64,000 nt of DNA from Chiloscyllium plagiosum (lineage: Eukaryota). The position numbers were made by a program, and so were the translations under genes. Positions 40,081-52,917 of this stretch are shown piece by piece (the stretch's first letter is position 1; every line of letters begins with the position of its first letter). The notes beneath the pieces are model-generated. The model was given only the letters and a program-made list of their open reading frames with translations, was not told the DNA's origin and searched no databases. The stretch spans positions 89,100,649 to 89,164,648 of the forward strand of contig NC_057719.1 of the NCBI RefSeq assembly GCF_004010195.1. Direction: 5' to 3'.

Positions 40081-40352
40081 AGGGTGGCATGATGGCTCAC
40101 AGTGCTAGGGACCCAGGTTCGATTCCAGCCTTGGTGGAGTTTGCACATTCTCACTTTGTCTGAGTGGGTTTTCTCTGTTTTCCTCTCACAGTCCAAAGAC
40201 ATGCAGGCCAGGTGAATTGGCCCTATTAAATTGCCCGAAGTGTTAGGTGCATTAGTCAGAGGAAATCGCTTTGGATGGGTTATTCTTTGGAGGGTCAGTG
40301 TGGACTTGTTAGGCCAAAGGGCCTGTTTCCACACTGTAGGGAGTCTAATCAT
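40081..40352 (+). mobile_element. Diverged HE1-type V-SINE
   Basis: V core and 3' end gggcctgtttccacactgtagg. Confidence 0.8.
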
Positions 40353-40559
40353 AATCATTTGTCCTTTTTTTTTTATCTGAGAAGGACAAATAATACGTTG
40401 CTTGAGGGAGTAATAATGTCGAGGTGTATCTTATTCTGTACCTAGCCCTGTTAGATGAGGATGGTGTGGAGGATGATGTATTCTGTATTGAACCCAGGAT
40501 TGTTCCTCACTTGGGTATTTACAGAGGATAGTACAGAAGCAGTATTTTGCTTTGTACAT

Positions 40560-41580
40560 CCTGTCCTTTTTATGCTGGACAGCATTTATTGCCCTAGTTG
40601 CCCTTGAGAAAGTTGTGGTGAGGGTTGCTTTCTTAAATCGCTGCAATTCACCTGCTGTAAGTTGACCCACAATGCAATTAGGGAGGAAGTTCCAGGATTT
40701 TCACCTAGTGACAGTAAAGAATGAAGATTTATTTCCAAACTATTATGGTAAGTGGCTTGGCAGGAACTTAAGGTGGTGGTGCTCCCATGCATCTGCTGCT
40801 CTTGTACTTCTAGATAGAAGTGATCGTGGGTTTGGATGGTGCTATCTGAGGATCTTTAGTGAATTTCTGCAGTGTATCTCGTAAATAGTACAGCAGTGCC
40901 AATCAAGTGGGCTGCTTTGTCTTGGATGGTGTCAAACTTCATGGGTGCTGATGGGGCTGTGCATATCCAGGCAAGTGGGGAGTATTCCATTACACTCCTG
41001 ACTTGTGCCTTATGGTGGACAGGATTTGGAGAGTCAGGAGGTGAGTTACTCGCTGCAGAGTACTGATTCATCAGCAGGAAATTTCCTTGTCCATGTTTAG
41101 CTTGAAGGCATGAGACCTCATGAGGTCCAGATGCAATGTTGAGGATTTCCAGGGCATATCCCTCCGAACTGGATACCACTATGCCAGCACCTCCCCTGTG
41201 TCTGTCCTGACTGTGAGACTGGACATATCCAGGGATGGTGATGTTGCTGTCTGGGACATTGTCTGCAAGGTATGACTTTGTGAGTATGACTCTGTCAGTT
41301 TGTGAAATAGGTCTCTGAATTTTGGCACTAGTGCCCAGATGTTAGTAAGGAGGACTTTGCAGGGTCGACACAACTGTTTCTTCCATTGTCTTTTCCGATG
41401 CCTAGGTCGATACCAGGTGATCCATCTGGTTTCATTTCTTTGAAAGTTTGTAGCAATCGAATGGCTTGCTAGGCCATTTCAGAGGACAAGTGAAAATCAA
41501 TCACATTGCTGTGGGTCTGGAGTCAGATGTAGGCCAGACCAGGTGAGGATGGTAGATTTCTTTCCCTAAAGGATTGTCCT
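40560..41580. mobile_element. Old CR1/L2-group LINE fragments
   Basis: KAQVRSVMEYSPLAW..DTIQDKAA and KVLLTNIW on minus; shares sequence with 1810-2130. Confidence 0.6.
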
Positions 41581-41609
41581 ATTACACAACCAAAGCAATA
41601 AGTCATAAT

Positions 41610-41677
41610 TTCCCTTTGGGGAATCGAACCCAGGCTACAGCAGTGAAAGTATTGATTCCTAACCAGACCACCAGGGA
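41610..41677 (-). pseudogene. tRNA-Glu(TTC) pseudogene
   Basis: Minus: TCCCTGGTGGTCTGGTTAGGAATCAATACTTTCACTGCTGTAGCCTGGGTTCGATTCCCCAAAGGGAA; matches vertebrate tRNA-Glu ends and B box; D-loop deletion, broken anticodon stem. Confidence 0.8.
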
Positions 41678-43028
41678 AGCTGCTCAAAGCTTTTGTTTTT
41701 GCAACCACTCCAATTGTCGCTGCTTTCAGCATTTGGTGTTTGTATTCCAACCATTTTCATGAGAGACAATTTTCTCCTGCAAACGATGCCTAACAATGGA
41801 ACAGAAACAATTCCCTCCCTCAACAAAGACCCATTGCTGCTCACTGGAACATGGAATCCACATTTTCCTTCTTTAGGACAGTTCCTGAAGTCGGAACTCT
41901 TTACCTGAGATTTTTGTTACTTTTCAAATGTGTCTCAGTGTCTAGGGATGATTCATTAGGCTAAAGTCGAGATCATTCTGAGTTCTCGTGAAACATAAAC
42001 CAAAAGAGACAATAAATCCTCTTGTATTTTTTTCGTTCTGATACGTTGTTTTCTGTAACATTTTAACATGAAGGCAGCAACACATGAAGGCAGAAAAGTT
42101 TGATTGTCATATTCCAGAGGGTACTGGATAATTAGTTCAACAGAAACAATGTTCCAAGGAAAATGCTGAAGATTGGCAATGAGTAAAAAAAATCCTCAGA
42201 GAACCATTACAGTCAAGTTGGACTGAATGGTTTCCATCTGCAACATTACAATTCTGCGATTCTGAAATGTCTGCTGGGAAATCACAAAGGGATTGCAAAT
42301 GGATTATTTTAACCCTTCGCATGATGCCAGGCCTATGTTTACACCAGTATTTCTGGTATTTCAATCAGAGAATGATCCCAGCAGATACAAAGGACAGTCC
42401 TGTTGGTACCATTCTCCCATAAATTCCCAGTCTCTCTGCAATATACACCACGTGACCTGGATCATTTTGCCAGGAGAGAACCCCCACACACAGCGGCTGC
42501 TGTTTGAGAATCCTTAAGAGTGCACTGCGAGCACCTGGTTAGTAACTAACCTGAAATGTTAACGGGGGTGGGATGTCAATTAACACTATTATCGAGACTG
42601 AAATGCCTGACTGACTCAGCCAGGCCACTTCACTTTACCCAGTGACACTGGTATTGACACTGAATTAAAACAAAACAGTAATATTATGGCCATAAGGAGA
42701 TCCTTTGACATCTCTATTCGATTTAAAATAAAACCATGGGACGAGAGTGCCATTGATACCAGTGTTCATTTCCAGATCCATAAACTCTGAGATGATACAA
42801 AAGCAGAAATTGCTGTGAAACTCAGCAGGTCTGGCAGCATCTATTGTAGAAGGAAAGAGTTAACAATTCGAGTTCAGTGATCCTTCCCCAGAACCCCTTA
42901 AAACCTCAGAAATGATAGCGGTGAGTGATGGGTACAATTTGACGATTGACTCATTACTTCAGTTGGTTACCTTCCTGCATCACAGTGAAACACAGACTTC
43001 TCTATTGTTCTTGTTGCAGAGTGGCTCT

Positions 43029-43203
43029 TTAGATTTGATTAGATTAGATTCCCTACAGTGTGGAAACAGGCCCTTCAGCCCAACCAGTCCACACCGACCC
43101 TCCGAAAAGTAACCCACCCAGACCCATTTCCCTCTGACTAATGCACCTAACACTATGGGCAATATTACATGGCCAATTCCCCTGACTGGCACATCTTTGG
43201 ATT
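43029..43203 (-). mobile_element. HE1-type SINE 3' half
   Basis: Tail and 3' domain only. Confidence 0.85.
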
Positions 43204-44014
43204 TTGACTTTACAATTAGAAGATGCTACAAATACTCAGCCGTTCATGCAGCCCCTGTGGAGAGAGGGAAAGGGAAATAACATTTCAGCATGAAGACCTT
43301 CCAATAGAACTGAACTGCAACAAGTTTGAAACAAATCCAAAGACAGGGGAAGGGGAGAAGAGGAAAGAATAATGAAGAAGCTCTGTGAATAGGGTGGAAG
43401 ACAGGAGAGATTGAATTAACAAAAGGGAAGATGGTGAAACGTAAAAGGAAATGTGACTTGCACAAGAAACAGAAGTTGGGAGAATCTTTCTGGACCAATC
43501 AGTTTTAATTCCCCATTCACCCAGAACTCTTTTGTCCCTCCCCGAAAACTTACAATCCTTTCACTCCATTACTGGGAACAAGCATTTCATTGACCAAACA
43601 CAAACAGGTCATGCAGAATGATATGTTTCTGTTGGGAAATGGACAATATTAAGAGGACATCAATGATGTATTTCCCCTAAGCTTCTGAATCAGTTAATTA
43701 TGGTTTGGCTCCATTTGACATGGATCCACTACTACTATCAGTTCACGCAGAGTCTCTGTTCTCAATCTGTGACTCTAAGCGGTTTTCTTGGTCCAGGGAC
43801 TGGAGTAGAACTTGCCCTTTGAAAGTGCTATCATTTGTTGCACATGAGGCTGCGCCTACAAACTTGTCTCTGGCCCTTCCTATGAAGTGAAAAGAGTTTT
43901 CACCCAGAGACTGACAACAAAAGCAGCAGGAGAAAAATCTTGTTTGAATGATCACATTGCCAGAGGAATGAAGAGCCAGGTATCAACTCAGAAAGTGAAG
44001 TTCCAAAGTAAAGG

Positions 44015-44086
44015 CGCCCAGTCTGGGGGTGAACCCACGATCGTGAGATTAATAGACCCATGCGCAACCTACTGAACTAGCTAGGT
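44015..44086 (-). pseudogene. tRNA-Lys(CTT)-derived pseudogene
   Basis: Minus: ACCTAGCTAGTTCAGTAGGTTGCGCATGGGTCTATTAATCTCACGATCGTGGGTTCACCCCCAGACTGGGCG, colinear with vertebrate tRNA-Lys-CTT; anticodon and T arm mutated. Confidence 0.75.
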
Positions 44087-45576
44087 TTGTTCAGTCGTGA
44101 ATTAATTTTCCCCTTTATCCTGAGACTAAGAGGCATATATGTTCATAATTTAATTTCTCCTTTTTCATATCCATTTGAAGCCTCTGAATTTCAAGGTGCT
44201 GAAGTTCATCAGCCTAGAAAATCCCAAAGTTATTACATTCCTTAACTTTAAACACCACGGTCACTGTCAGACAGTGAACAAATCTGTGAATCTGCTTCAC
44301 AAAACGCTGTCACTTCGATAAGAAATGTTTACCTGTCTGCCGAGTCACAATCAACATAGTCAGCACTTTCTTTGTTCTATGTGTCAGTAACTTCTGCCGC
44401 TTCTCATTTAGGGGCTGAACTTTCAGAGTTAGGTAAAGGACAGGAATAATCTGCTATAGCTGTTGTAAAATTTAAAAGGACTTTTGCTCCTTTCACACAG
44501 AAAAAGCCATTCATGAGGAACAGGTTTTTACAGGTTGCACCAGCCAAGATATCCCGACTGAAGCTCGGGAATTGCGCACATGACCAGAAGATTGAGATTT
44601 CAGAAAATCCAAGTAATATTGGCTTGCTTTCAGAAAATGCTTTTCATCACCAGTGGACATCTCAGAGCATCTTCCAGATAAGGAACTCCTGTTATAAATG
44701 TGAATATTGCCCTAATATGGAAACATGGCAGCCAACATCTACTCAGCCAACTCCCACAAACTGTTGGTTCAAATACAGAATCTGTTTTTGTCACCTTGAT
44801 TGAGGGATAAACATTACCCAACACACTGGGTGGGGGGCATGTTTCTGCAGTGGGCATCACTTTCACTGAACACTCAAAGAGAAACAGTGGTGCTCCCACA
44901 TTATCTGGGTAAGGCATGATGTTTCACTTGCTGGTAGAACTGAATAGAGATTGCTTTTTGGGCAAAACATGAGTACAGAAGTTAGCAAATGTGGGAAATA
45001 TTTGGCACTTCAATAATTTCAGTTCGAGACAAGATCTGAAGCAGCAGTATCGTTTATTATACTCTTGCAAGAGTGGTGTCTACAAGATAGGCACCCCGAG
45101 TTTAACAAGTACATAATTTTTATACAATTCATTTCTCTTTACTCCTCCCCCCGCTTATTCCATTGCTCCTCCCCTGTTTACATCTCCCACTTCTCTAAAC
45201 CTGGCACCCATTACTCTTGTTTATCTCTTGCCTCATCCGGCCTTGTGCGTGATAAAGTGCAGGTATTTGCTTGGCTGTTTCACCACATCCCTCTGTGGTC
45301 TATTGTTAGCGTATATTCTCCTTCACTGCCGTCTGCTTCCTTGCTTGCTAAAGCAGCATTTCCTCCCATTCTTCGTTCACAGAGCCTTATGACCTCTTGA
45401 TTGTGGTTTTTTTTGTTTTTGCAGAAGCGGGAAACAGATGCTTACAACTGTTTGTACAAGCATATCTAGCTTAACCTACACCCCCTCCCCTCATTATTCA
45501 ACCTTGTGATTTTTGCAGACAACAATATTTTCAATTTCCCCTCACAGCAATCTTGTGTCACAATGCCACGGACCTG

Positions 45577-45820
45577 AGTGTGTGTGGAGTTTGCATGTTC
45601 TCTCTGTGTCTGTCTCCAGTTTCCTTCCACAGTGGAAAGATATGCAGGTTTGGTAGATTGGCCATGCTAAATTGTCCCATAGTGTCCAAGGATGTGTAGG
45701 CTAGTGGGGTTAGTCATGTGCAATGTGGGAACGGAGTGGGTCTGGCTGGGATCCCCTTCAGAGCATTGGTGCAGACTTGATTGGCATTGCCAATAGCCTC
45801 TATTGGCACTGTAGGGATTC
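45577..45820 (+). mobile_element. Old V-SINE
   Basis: tgtgtggagtttgcatgttctc...gattggccatgctaaattg. Confidence 0.7.
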
Positions 45821-46453
45821 TACCTCCCCTGCTCTTCTTTCAAATAGTCTCATTGCACTTTTGATATTCCAGCACCTCAGTCCCATTCAGGTAAGACCCC
45901 AGGTGAGATCGAAGATGAACATTTGGCACTCTATGTTCTGCTGGTCTACAGGAAGGGCAACATAACCTGTTGCAGTGTTCTACCACTTTCCCTCATGCTA
46001 CAGTCTTACCACACTTCCAGGTAGAATGTGTTTCGGATTATTAATTTGGCTGGCAATATCAATCAAACAGATTATAGTCAGAAGAAGCAGGAATCATAAG
46101 TCTGCCTCGAGTTTGCAGTGTTATCCTGATGGATTTCCAAACTCAACATCAATTTCAACCCAATTCCCAGAGGAAAGATATAAAACACCTTCCACGTCTG
46201 TCTGAAATGTTGTCAAACATCTATTTTCTCAAGAACTTAATAATGTTCCATAAAATGTGATGGAGAAAGTCAGTTGGTCTGGCAGCATCTGTGTCAGGAG
46301 AAACAGAATTAACGTTTCCAGTCTGACATGACTCTTCCAGCAGCACTTTTCCATGACCTTCTGTATTCATTTTACACCTCCAGCCTCCGAAGGTTAGGGT
46401 GGTTAGGGTGCATAAAACAATACATGAGGATGTGATGGAGGCAGTAATAAAGG

Positions 46454-46672
46454 AGAAAGTGAGGACTGCAGATGCTGGAGATCAGAGCTGAAAATGTGTT
46501 GTTGGAAAAGCGCAGCAGGTCAGGCAGCATCCAAGGAGCAGGAGAATCGACGTTTCGGGCATGAGCCCTTCTTCACGAAAGGGCTGAAGAAGGGTTCATG
46601 CCCGAAACGTCGATTCTCCTGCTCCTTGGATGCTGCCTGACCTGCTGCGCTTTTCCCGCAACACATTTTCAG
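46454..46672. mobile_element. Fold-back Penelope-like mini element with back-to-back hammerhead motifs
   Basis: Near-perfect palindrome 46488-46672; TSD gcag(t/c)aataaagg at 46441-46453 and 46673-46685; plus-strand CTGAAGA..GAAAcgtc at 46584-46611. Confidence 0.85.
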
Positions 46673-46898
46673 GCAGCAATAAAGGGAAAAGGCAGGAGCA
46701 TGAATTTAGATTGGATGGTCATTTGTAAATCTGCCACATAGGATTACTGGACTTTTTTCTGTACAGTAACAACGCTGTGATTCTTAAAAGAGATGTGTAT
46801 TGCATCATGGTGTCAGTCTCTGGTTCAGTTAATTGTCAATATAATCTATCCAGAACCAATGTACCCCCCCTCCCCACCCCGCCACCTCCCCATTACCA

Positions 46899-47111
46899 CA
46901 GTACCTGCGGGGGATACATTCCAGGATCTACTGCAGAAGCTGGAAACCGCGGATAGGTGCGAACCCATTCATTTAAACAGGAAATGTTCCTTCCCGTCAA
47001 CTTCCTGGTCCCTTGTTCCGGAACGTTCTCTTTTATATGTTCGGGCCACGGTCAACAGGAGGTAAGTGAAAGCGCAGTAACCAGACCAGCAGATATGAGG
47101 GTCACCCTGTA
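46899..47111. mobile_element. Possible Tigger/pogo-like non-autonomous element
   Basis: gcgggggatacattccagga...gaaaccgcggatag..cgaaccc start and gcagatatgagggtcaccctg+TA end resemble Tigger-type MITE termini; left TIR degraded. Confidence 0.45.
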
Positions 47112-49918
47112 ATTTGGTGGTCTCGCTTCATTCTTCACTCCAAAAGAAAGCATGTGAACACAAATAGTCAGTCCATTCCATGGCGGTGATCTCACCCAGA
47201 GATCACCACAGTTAAGAATACCAGGAATCAACATAACAGGAGCGTAGTGCGTGAACACAGAGCTCACTTCAAAGGGTCACTGGACCGAAATTATAACTGA
47301 TTTCTCTGCACAGATGCTGCCAGATCAGCTGAGCTTTTCTAGCAATTTCTGTTTTTGTTTCTAATTACAAACAGAGGATGTGTGAACCGTGTGATGGTGA
47401 ATCAGGTGGTTTAGGTCTTTTTTGGTTCCTCAAATATTGCGACTGAGACAAAAAGAAACGGGCGATAGATCTGGTGAATGAAAAGGCTTGGCGAACATTT
47501 TGTGTCGGCTGCAAATCGCAATAATAAAACCCGGGTAACCATTCAAAATAAAGAAAACGACAGCTCCAAGCTTTGTCCCAATGACAGGCCCAGGGGAACA
47601 GCTGGGCATCTGTAAGCACCAGGGCACATGCACAGTCACTATGTTTGTCAGGGACAATGTTTGGAATGACTGGGAGGAGTTTACTGCCCATTGTTTAACT
47701 TGTCCATCAAACCGTTTTTCACACCTAATGTCTTATCGATGAAGCAGAGCAATGGCACAGAAGTGAAGAAAAGGAAGCAAATCTTTCTTCTAAATGTTGT
47801 AATTGTACCAGCCTCCACAGCTTGATCTGGCGCTCGCTCCATATATGCACTATCCTGTGTGAAAAAATGCCCTCAGGTCCCTTTCAAATCTTTCCCCTCT
47901 CACCTTCAACCTATACTCTCTAGTTTTGGACTCTTTTACCCTGGGAATAAAGATCTTAGATATACTATGAGCTGTCTGCTCCAAAGAGTTGGACTGTCCT
48001 CAGTCACATTAATGCCCAGGTCAGAAACTCACCACTCTGAGTAGATATCATCCTTGAATCAAGGAACTGCAAATCACGACAATTGGCAATATGTAGTAGA
48101 AACCATACATGGTCATCCTGGGACAGGGTAGAATGTTGTGAATTTACCCCCAGTCTGATTTTAGAAGATCCTTTGATGACAGTCAGAAGGGGAAGATTTA
48201 CATACAAAACCAAACCAATAAAAATGTTGTCTGTTTTGAATTTCTACCCATGTTGGCAGGATATTCCAAGATAATTTCAATTGGAAAACAGTAAACAGAC
48301 ATCACAACAGAAGCTGACAGGACAGACTTTTTTATATATTAGCATGGAATTTCAGTCTTTACTAATAGCTGCAAATTATTTCTTCCTCACATCATCCCAA
48401 TAGATCTTACCCAAAATCTTCAATCTATGTCCCATAACACATTTACTATCAGCTAAAGTGAAAATTTTTCTTTATCTACCTTACTAATGCAAACAGAAAC
48501 TTTAAAAATAAGGAGTGCACATTTAAAACGGATGAGGTTACATTTTCTTTTCTCAGAGGGTTGTGACTGTTTGGAATTCCCTTCCTGAGAAAGACTCTTC
48601 AAATAAGTCAGGATCTTCAAATAAATCAGAGGTAGGTAGATCCTTGAATGCCAAGCTGGTGCAAGATTATCAGAAATATTCAAGAAAGTAAAGTTGAGAT
48701 TAAAATCAGACCAGCCATGAGCTGACCGAATGACAGAGCATGGTCGAGTGGCCCACTCTTGCTTGTACAATGGTTTCAAATCTCTGTGCAAGCACACTGT
48801 GTCCAAAAAACAACCTCTCACTCCCTCAAACCATTCTGGTAAATCTCCCCTGCCACCTCTCCGGCTCCCTTCCATCCTTCACACGGTGTGGTGACCTCTG
48901 GTTTGCACAGACCAAAATGATCTGTTTCTGTGTGTGATGTCATCACGCAGCAACAAATGCATGGTGACATCACCCATTCCCTGGGCATTTTCTCAACTAT
49001 AAGATTTTTCTGTGACTCCAGCATTTCTGATATCTTTGCAGCTTCAGGCTCGAGCAGATGTGTTCTTTTTTGATTGAAAAGGGTGAAATTGTTTTAGAGG
49101 TGACTATTTCTGACAATTTGTCCATAATTTTCAATTTTTACTGCTGTTCTTTGTAAGTGGTCCAATGCACGAGAGCTGGTGTGGCTCCTTTGCTGTGGGT
49201 CTAAATCCTGGTGCATCCACTGCTGTTTCATATCTGATAACATCTCTATCATTTTCTGTCTCTAATAATGGCTCCATTTTAGCTCTGTTTAGTGCGTCAT
49301 AGTTACCTCCACCAACTGCCTAAATATGGTTTCCAACACTGCCTATATTTTAATATGATTTTCATTTGTAGAATGTTGGCATTGCTGGCTGGTGAGCATT
49401 TATTGTTAATCCCTGGTTGTCCTTGAGAAGGCGGTGCTGAGCTGCCTTCTTGAACTGTTGCAATTCATTGACACACAATGCCCTTAAGGAGGATTTTGAC
49501 TCAGTCACAATGAAGAAACTGCAACATATTTCAAAGTCAGAATGATGTATTCCCATGAATCTGCTACCACTGTCGCTCCAGATGGAACTGATCATGGGCT
49601 TGGAAGGTTCTGTCTTAAGAATCTTTGGTGAATTTCTGCAGTTCATTTTTCAGATATTGTTGGAAGCTTGGCTTGAGATGAAATATTTGCCATAGTGCTG
49701 AACAATCTGGTTCAGCCTCCAACAGTTAGCAGGGAGAGGTACGGACTCAATGATGAAGGAGTGAATTATCTAGCAGGAAGGAAAGACAATAATTTCAGAC
49801 TCCCCAATACTTAAATGGAGGAAATTTCTGCTTGTCCAGGTCGGACTGTGAATTGGAAATGATGATGTTCACAAACACCTGCTATTCAGGTCCTATTGTT
49901 GACTCAAAAAGTTCTGGA

Positions 49919-50404
49919 CCACACAGAAGTTTCAGTTTCAACAAACCCTTTATTTCAGATCAGCTGGTGAGGGGTCGATAGTCAACAACTCAGAGTAGCA
50001 ATTAAGCTATCTCTTGGTGGATCCTTAATAGACCTCTGACCTTTAGCAGTATATTTTATAGCCCTCAGTTGTGTGACCACATATTTCTCATTCCCATAAG
50101 ATTTAATGATATTACCTCTAGTAGAGTTCTCATAAATCAAAAGTAGATAAAGCAAAGTGGCTAACAATGTCCTATTGATTAAAATAAGAACAGCCCAGTC
50201 CTAGTACTGGGAAGAAGTGTATACAGGAACATCTCCAAGGTTATGCAAAGGAAATTACTCTTTTGATTTATGATTCTCACAGCCACTTGTGACTTCTGTT
50301 CTGAGCTCTAGTCTGCCAGTCCGCAAGTTCCCATTTCAAACTTGTAAGGCAAATCATGATTACAAATAGAAGTTTTTTACCATTGATTCCACAATACTTT
50401 ATCA
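49919..50404 (-). repeat. ERV 3' LTR
   Basis: Begins TG after the PPT on minus; TATAAAA (~50054) and AATAAA (~49950) on minus; left boundary approximate. Confidence 0.75.
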
Positions 50405-50589
50405 TTCTCTCCTTCTGATCATTTTTATGATCAACCTATTTGCTTTAGTGAAGACAGGAACTTCTCCAGTGGCATTTATCCAGTGGTCTAGTAGATGGTC
50501 CTTTATTATCCCATGGAATGAACCTAACTATTCCTAAAGTTTATAATGACAGCAATCAGATATCAGTGGCCATAAGAATCTGAATGCAA

Positions 50590-51640
50590 GAATGCAGGCA
50601 ATTACAGTAAGTATTATAATCCCAAAATGTAACATGTCCCCAATATTCCCAAAGAGACCCCCAAATGGCCACCATCCCGTTTTACTACCGAACCCAGGTA
50701 AATCATAATCAACATCTTGGATTTTCTGGATCTCCTGGGTGCTTGGAGAGATCAGTGATATTGGTGGATTTGTCAGGAATGTAGGTACAACATTCCTTTC
50801 CTACAATAGTCCAAGTGTTGCCCTCCTTAGCTAGTATAGAGTCCAAGCCCAAACAATTCTGAAGGGCCACTGTCCTGACCATGGATAGTTCAGCACTGAT
50901 ACCGGTCAAGGCATTTGCAGTATCATTGGCGACAATTTCCAATACTGTCTTTAACTTACTTAATTCTTTGCCCTGCAAATGGATTCCAACATGAGGGGAA
51001 GACATCCCCAGTCAGGAAAGGAGACCAGCGAGGGACCTTGGGGGTGAAGGTATCTTATCTAAAATTTGAATGTGAGGCACAACATACCCTATATAACATG
51101 TCTGAGGCTCGGGTCATTCCAGAGTGAGCCTGATGTCTTATTAAGGATGGCAGGCCAGTCAATCAAAAAGTAACCAAATTTTGGCTAGGTTCAATCGATG
51201 GGATAATAAAGGACCATCTACTACACCCTATATAAATGCCACTGGAAAAGTTCCTGTCTTGACTAAAGCAAATGGTGCCAGAAAAGGGGTAAATGGAATC
51301 TGTAATAGCCAATCTCTAAAGAGGGTCATATCATACCCTGCTGACCGCCATTCTCGCATGTCTTCAGTTTTATCAGGATCACCAGAAGAGTTTTGGCATA
51401 TTAGCCATTTGGTCACTTCGGGCCAGAAAGGAATACCCCCTGTGAATAGGGTGCACATACCCAACAATCAGTTTCTTTTTCTGTCATTTGGGCACTTTGA
51501 CAAGCCAAATACGAAAAAGCATTATGATATACAGATCATCTTAGACGCCCTCCCAGGAACAACAGGTGTCAGTCTGAAATCTTTCCACCCCCAAAGTAAA
51601 AGCCGCCAAAGTCACTTGTATCCAATTCATTTTTCTTCCT
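50590..51640 (-). pseudogene. env: ERV env pseudogene (SU remnant plus TM)
   Basis: Heptad, ALQNCLGLDSIL (immunosuppressive-domain-like), EGNTWTIVGKECCTYIPD (CX6CC with first C to W), hydrophobic anchor at ~50590-50640. Confidence 0.85.
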
Positions 51641-51666
51641 TAACCATTGTCTGTTCCTTCACTGAC

Positions 51667-51954
51667 TCATTTATAGTCAGTTCTCAGAATCCAGCGGAGT
51701 TGTCCTTGCACGTTCACAGTCGACGGGGTGGTCAGCAGCACCTGAAATGGTCCTTGGCTCCAATTTTCCCTGGTCCCAGTCTTAATCAGGACAAAATCTC
51801 CAGGTTCTACAGTAGGGTAGTCTCTTTCAGGAAGATCATCACCATCTCGATAGGCACAATGTATCTGTGAATGTAAACTTTGCAGAGTTTTGGTTAACTT
51901 ATGCAGGTACTTTCCCACTTCCTCCAACTTTTGGGAGTTCCATCTGCTGTACAT
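51667..51954 (-). pseudogene. pol: Retroviral integrase C-terminal remnant
   Basis: VEPGDFVLIK...W..GPFQVLLTTPSTVNVQG...WI (GPY/F module). Confidence 0.8.
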
Positions 51955-52222
51955 ACCTCTATCCCCCTATCACCTACTGGCCATTTACTATCAGCTTTAT
52001 CCTTCCATTCTTTATTAATAATTTCCACTTTTTCTCAAAATTTTTCTTTCAAATTAGGTTCACCACCTGTTCTCAAGAGGCCACAGCCCAGGTCCCTAGT
52101 TTCCTGACCTATACAGAGGGTACAGAAACAAGACTTAAATGTCATATACATAGTATAAAAAAGTGTTTAAATAATAGATTTGCTGTCATTAATAACATTT
52201 CTAGCACTTCAATTTTCACCAC

Positions 52223-52526
52223 AACTAGAAGGCATAGTTTTAGGGTGAAAGGGGAAAGATATCAAAGAGACCTAAAGGGCAATGTTTTCAGGCAGAAGGT
52301 GATACATATATGGAATGAGCTGCCAGAGGATGTGGTGGAGGCTAGTACAATTACAACATTTAAAAGGCATCTAGATGGGCATATGAGTAGGAAGGGTTTG
52401 GAGGGATATGGGCCGGGTGCTGGCAGGTGGGACTAGATTGGGTTGGGATATCTGGTCGGCATGGACAAGTTGAACCGAAGGGTCTGTTTCTGTGCTGTAT
52501 ATCTGTAATGACTCTATGACTCTATG
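52223..52526 (+). mobile_element. CR1 3' end inserted in ERV
   Basis: TRRHSFRVKGERY..WNELPEDVV; gactctat tail. Confidence 0.9.
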
Positions 52527-52917
52527 AGCTTACTCATTAAAACAGTATTTGGAAATTCACTCTAGACAGAAAATGAAACTCCAAACGCAATAAATTCCAA
52601 TTCCAAGAGTTAACAATCTTTACAACTGAATTTTTAAAATCAGCATTTCCTGGCAGATTTTACTTTACGGTAGTACTGATAGTTTCTCAAAAGTATGTTA
52701 CATGATCCACACTGATACAGGATAGACTACATTTTCAAATCACCACTGATTTCCAAAATGTAGATTTAATTCAAAACATTCCTGGATCTCGAGTTCCAGG
52801 GGACAAAAAAAAAACAAATATTGTACAAGACCACATGTAACCACCAACAAACAAAAGTTCAAACAGACCACAAAGAGTTAACACTTAGTTCAGGGAACAC
52901 ACCACCAAAATCTGTTT

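Noticed and set aside
51181..51870. 229-aa plus-strand ORF
   Set aside because: Antisense to ERV env/IN remnants, non-ATG start, no recognisable domain
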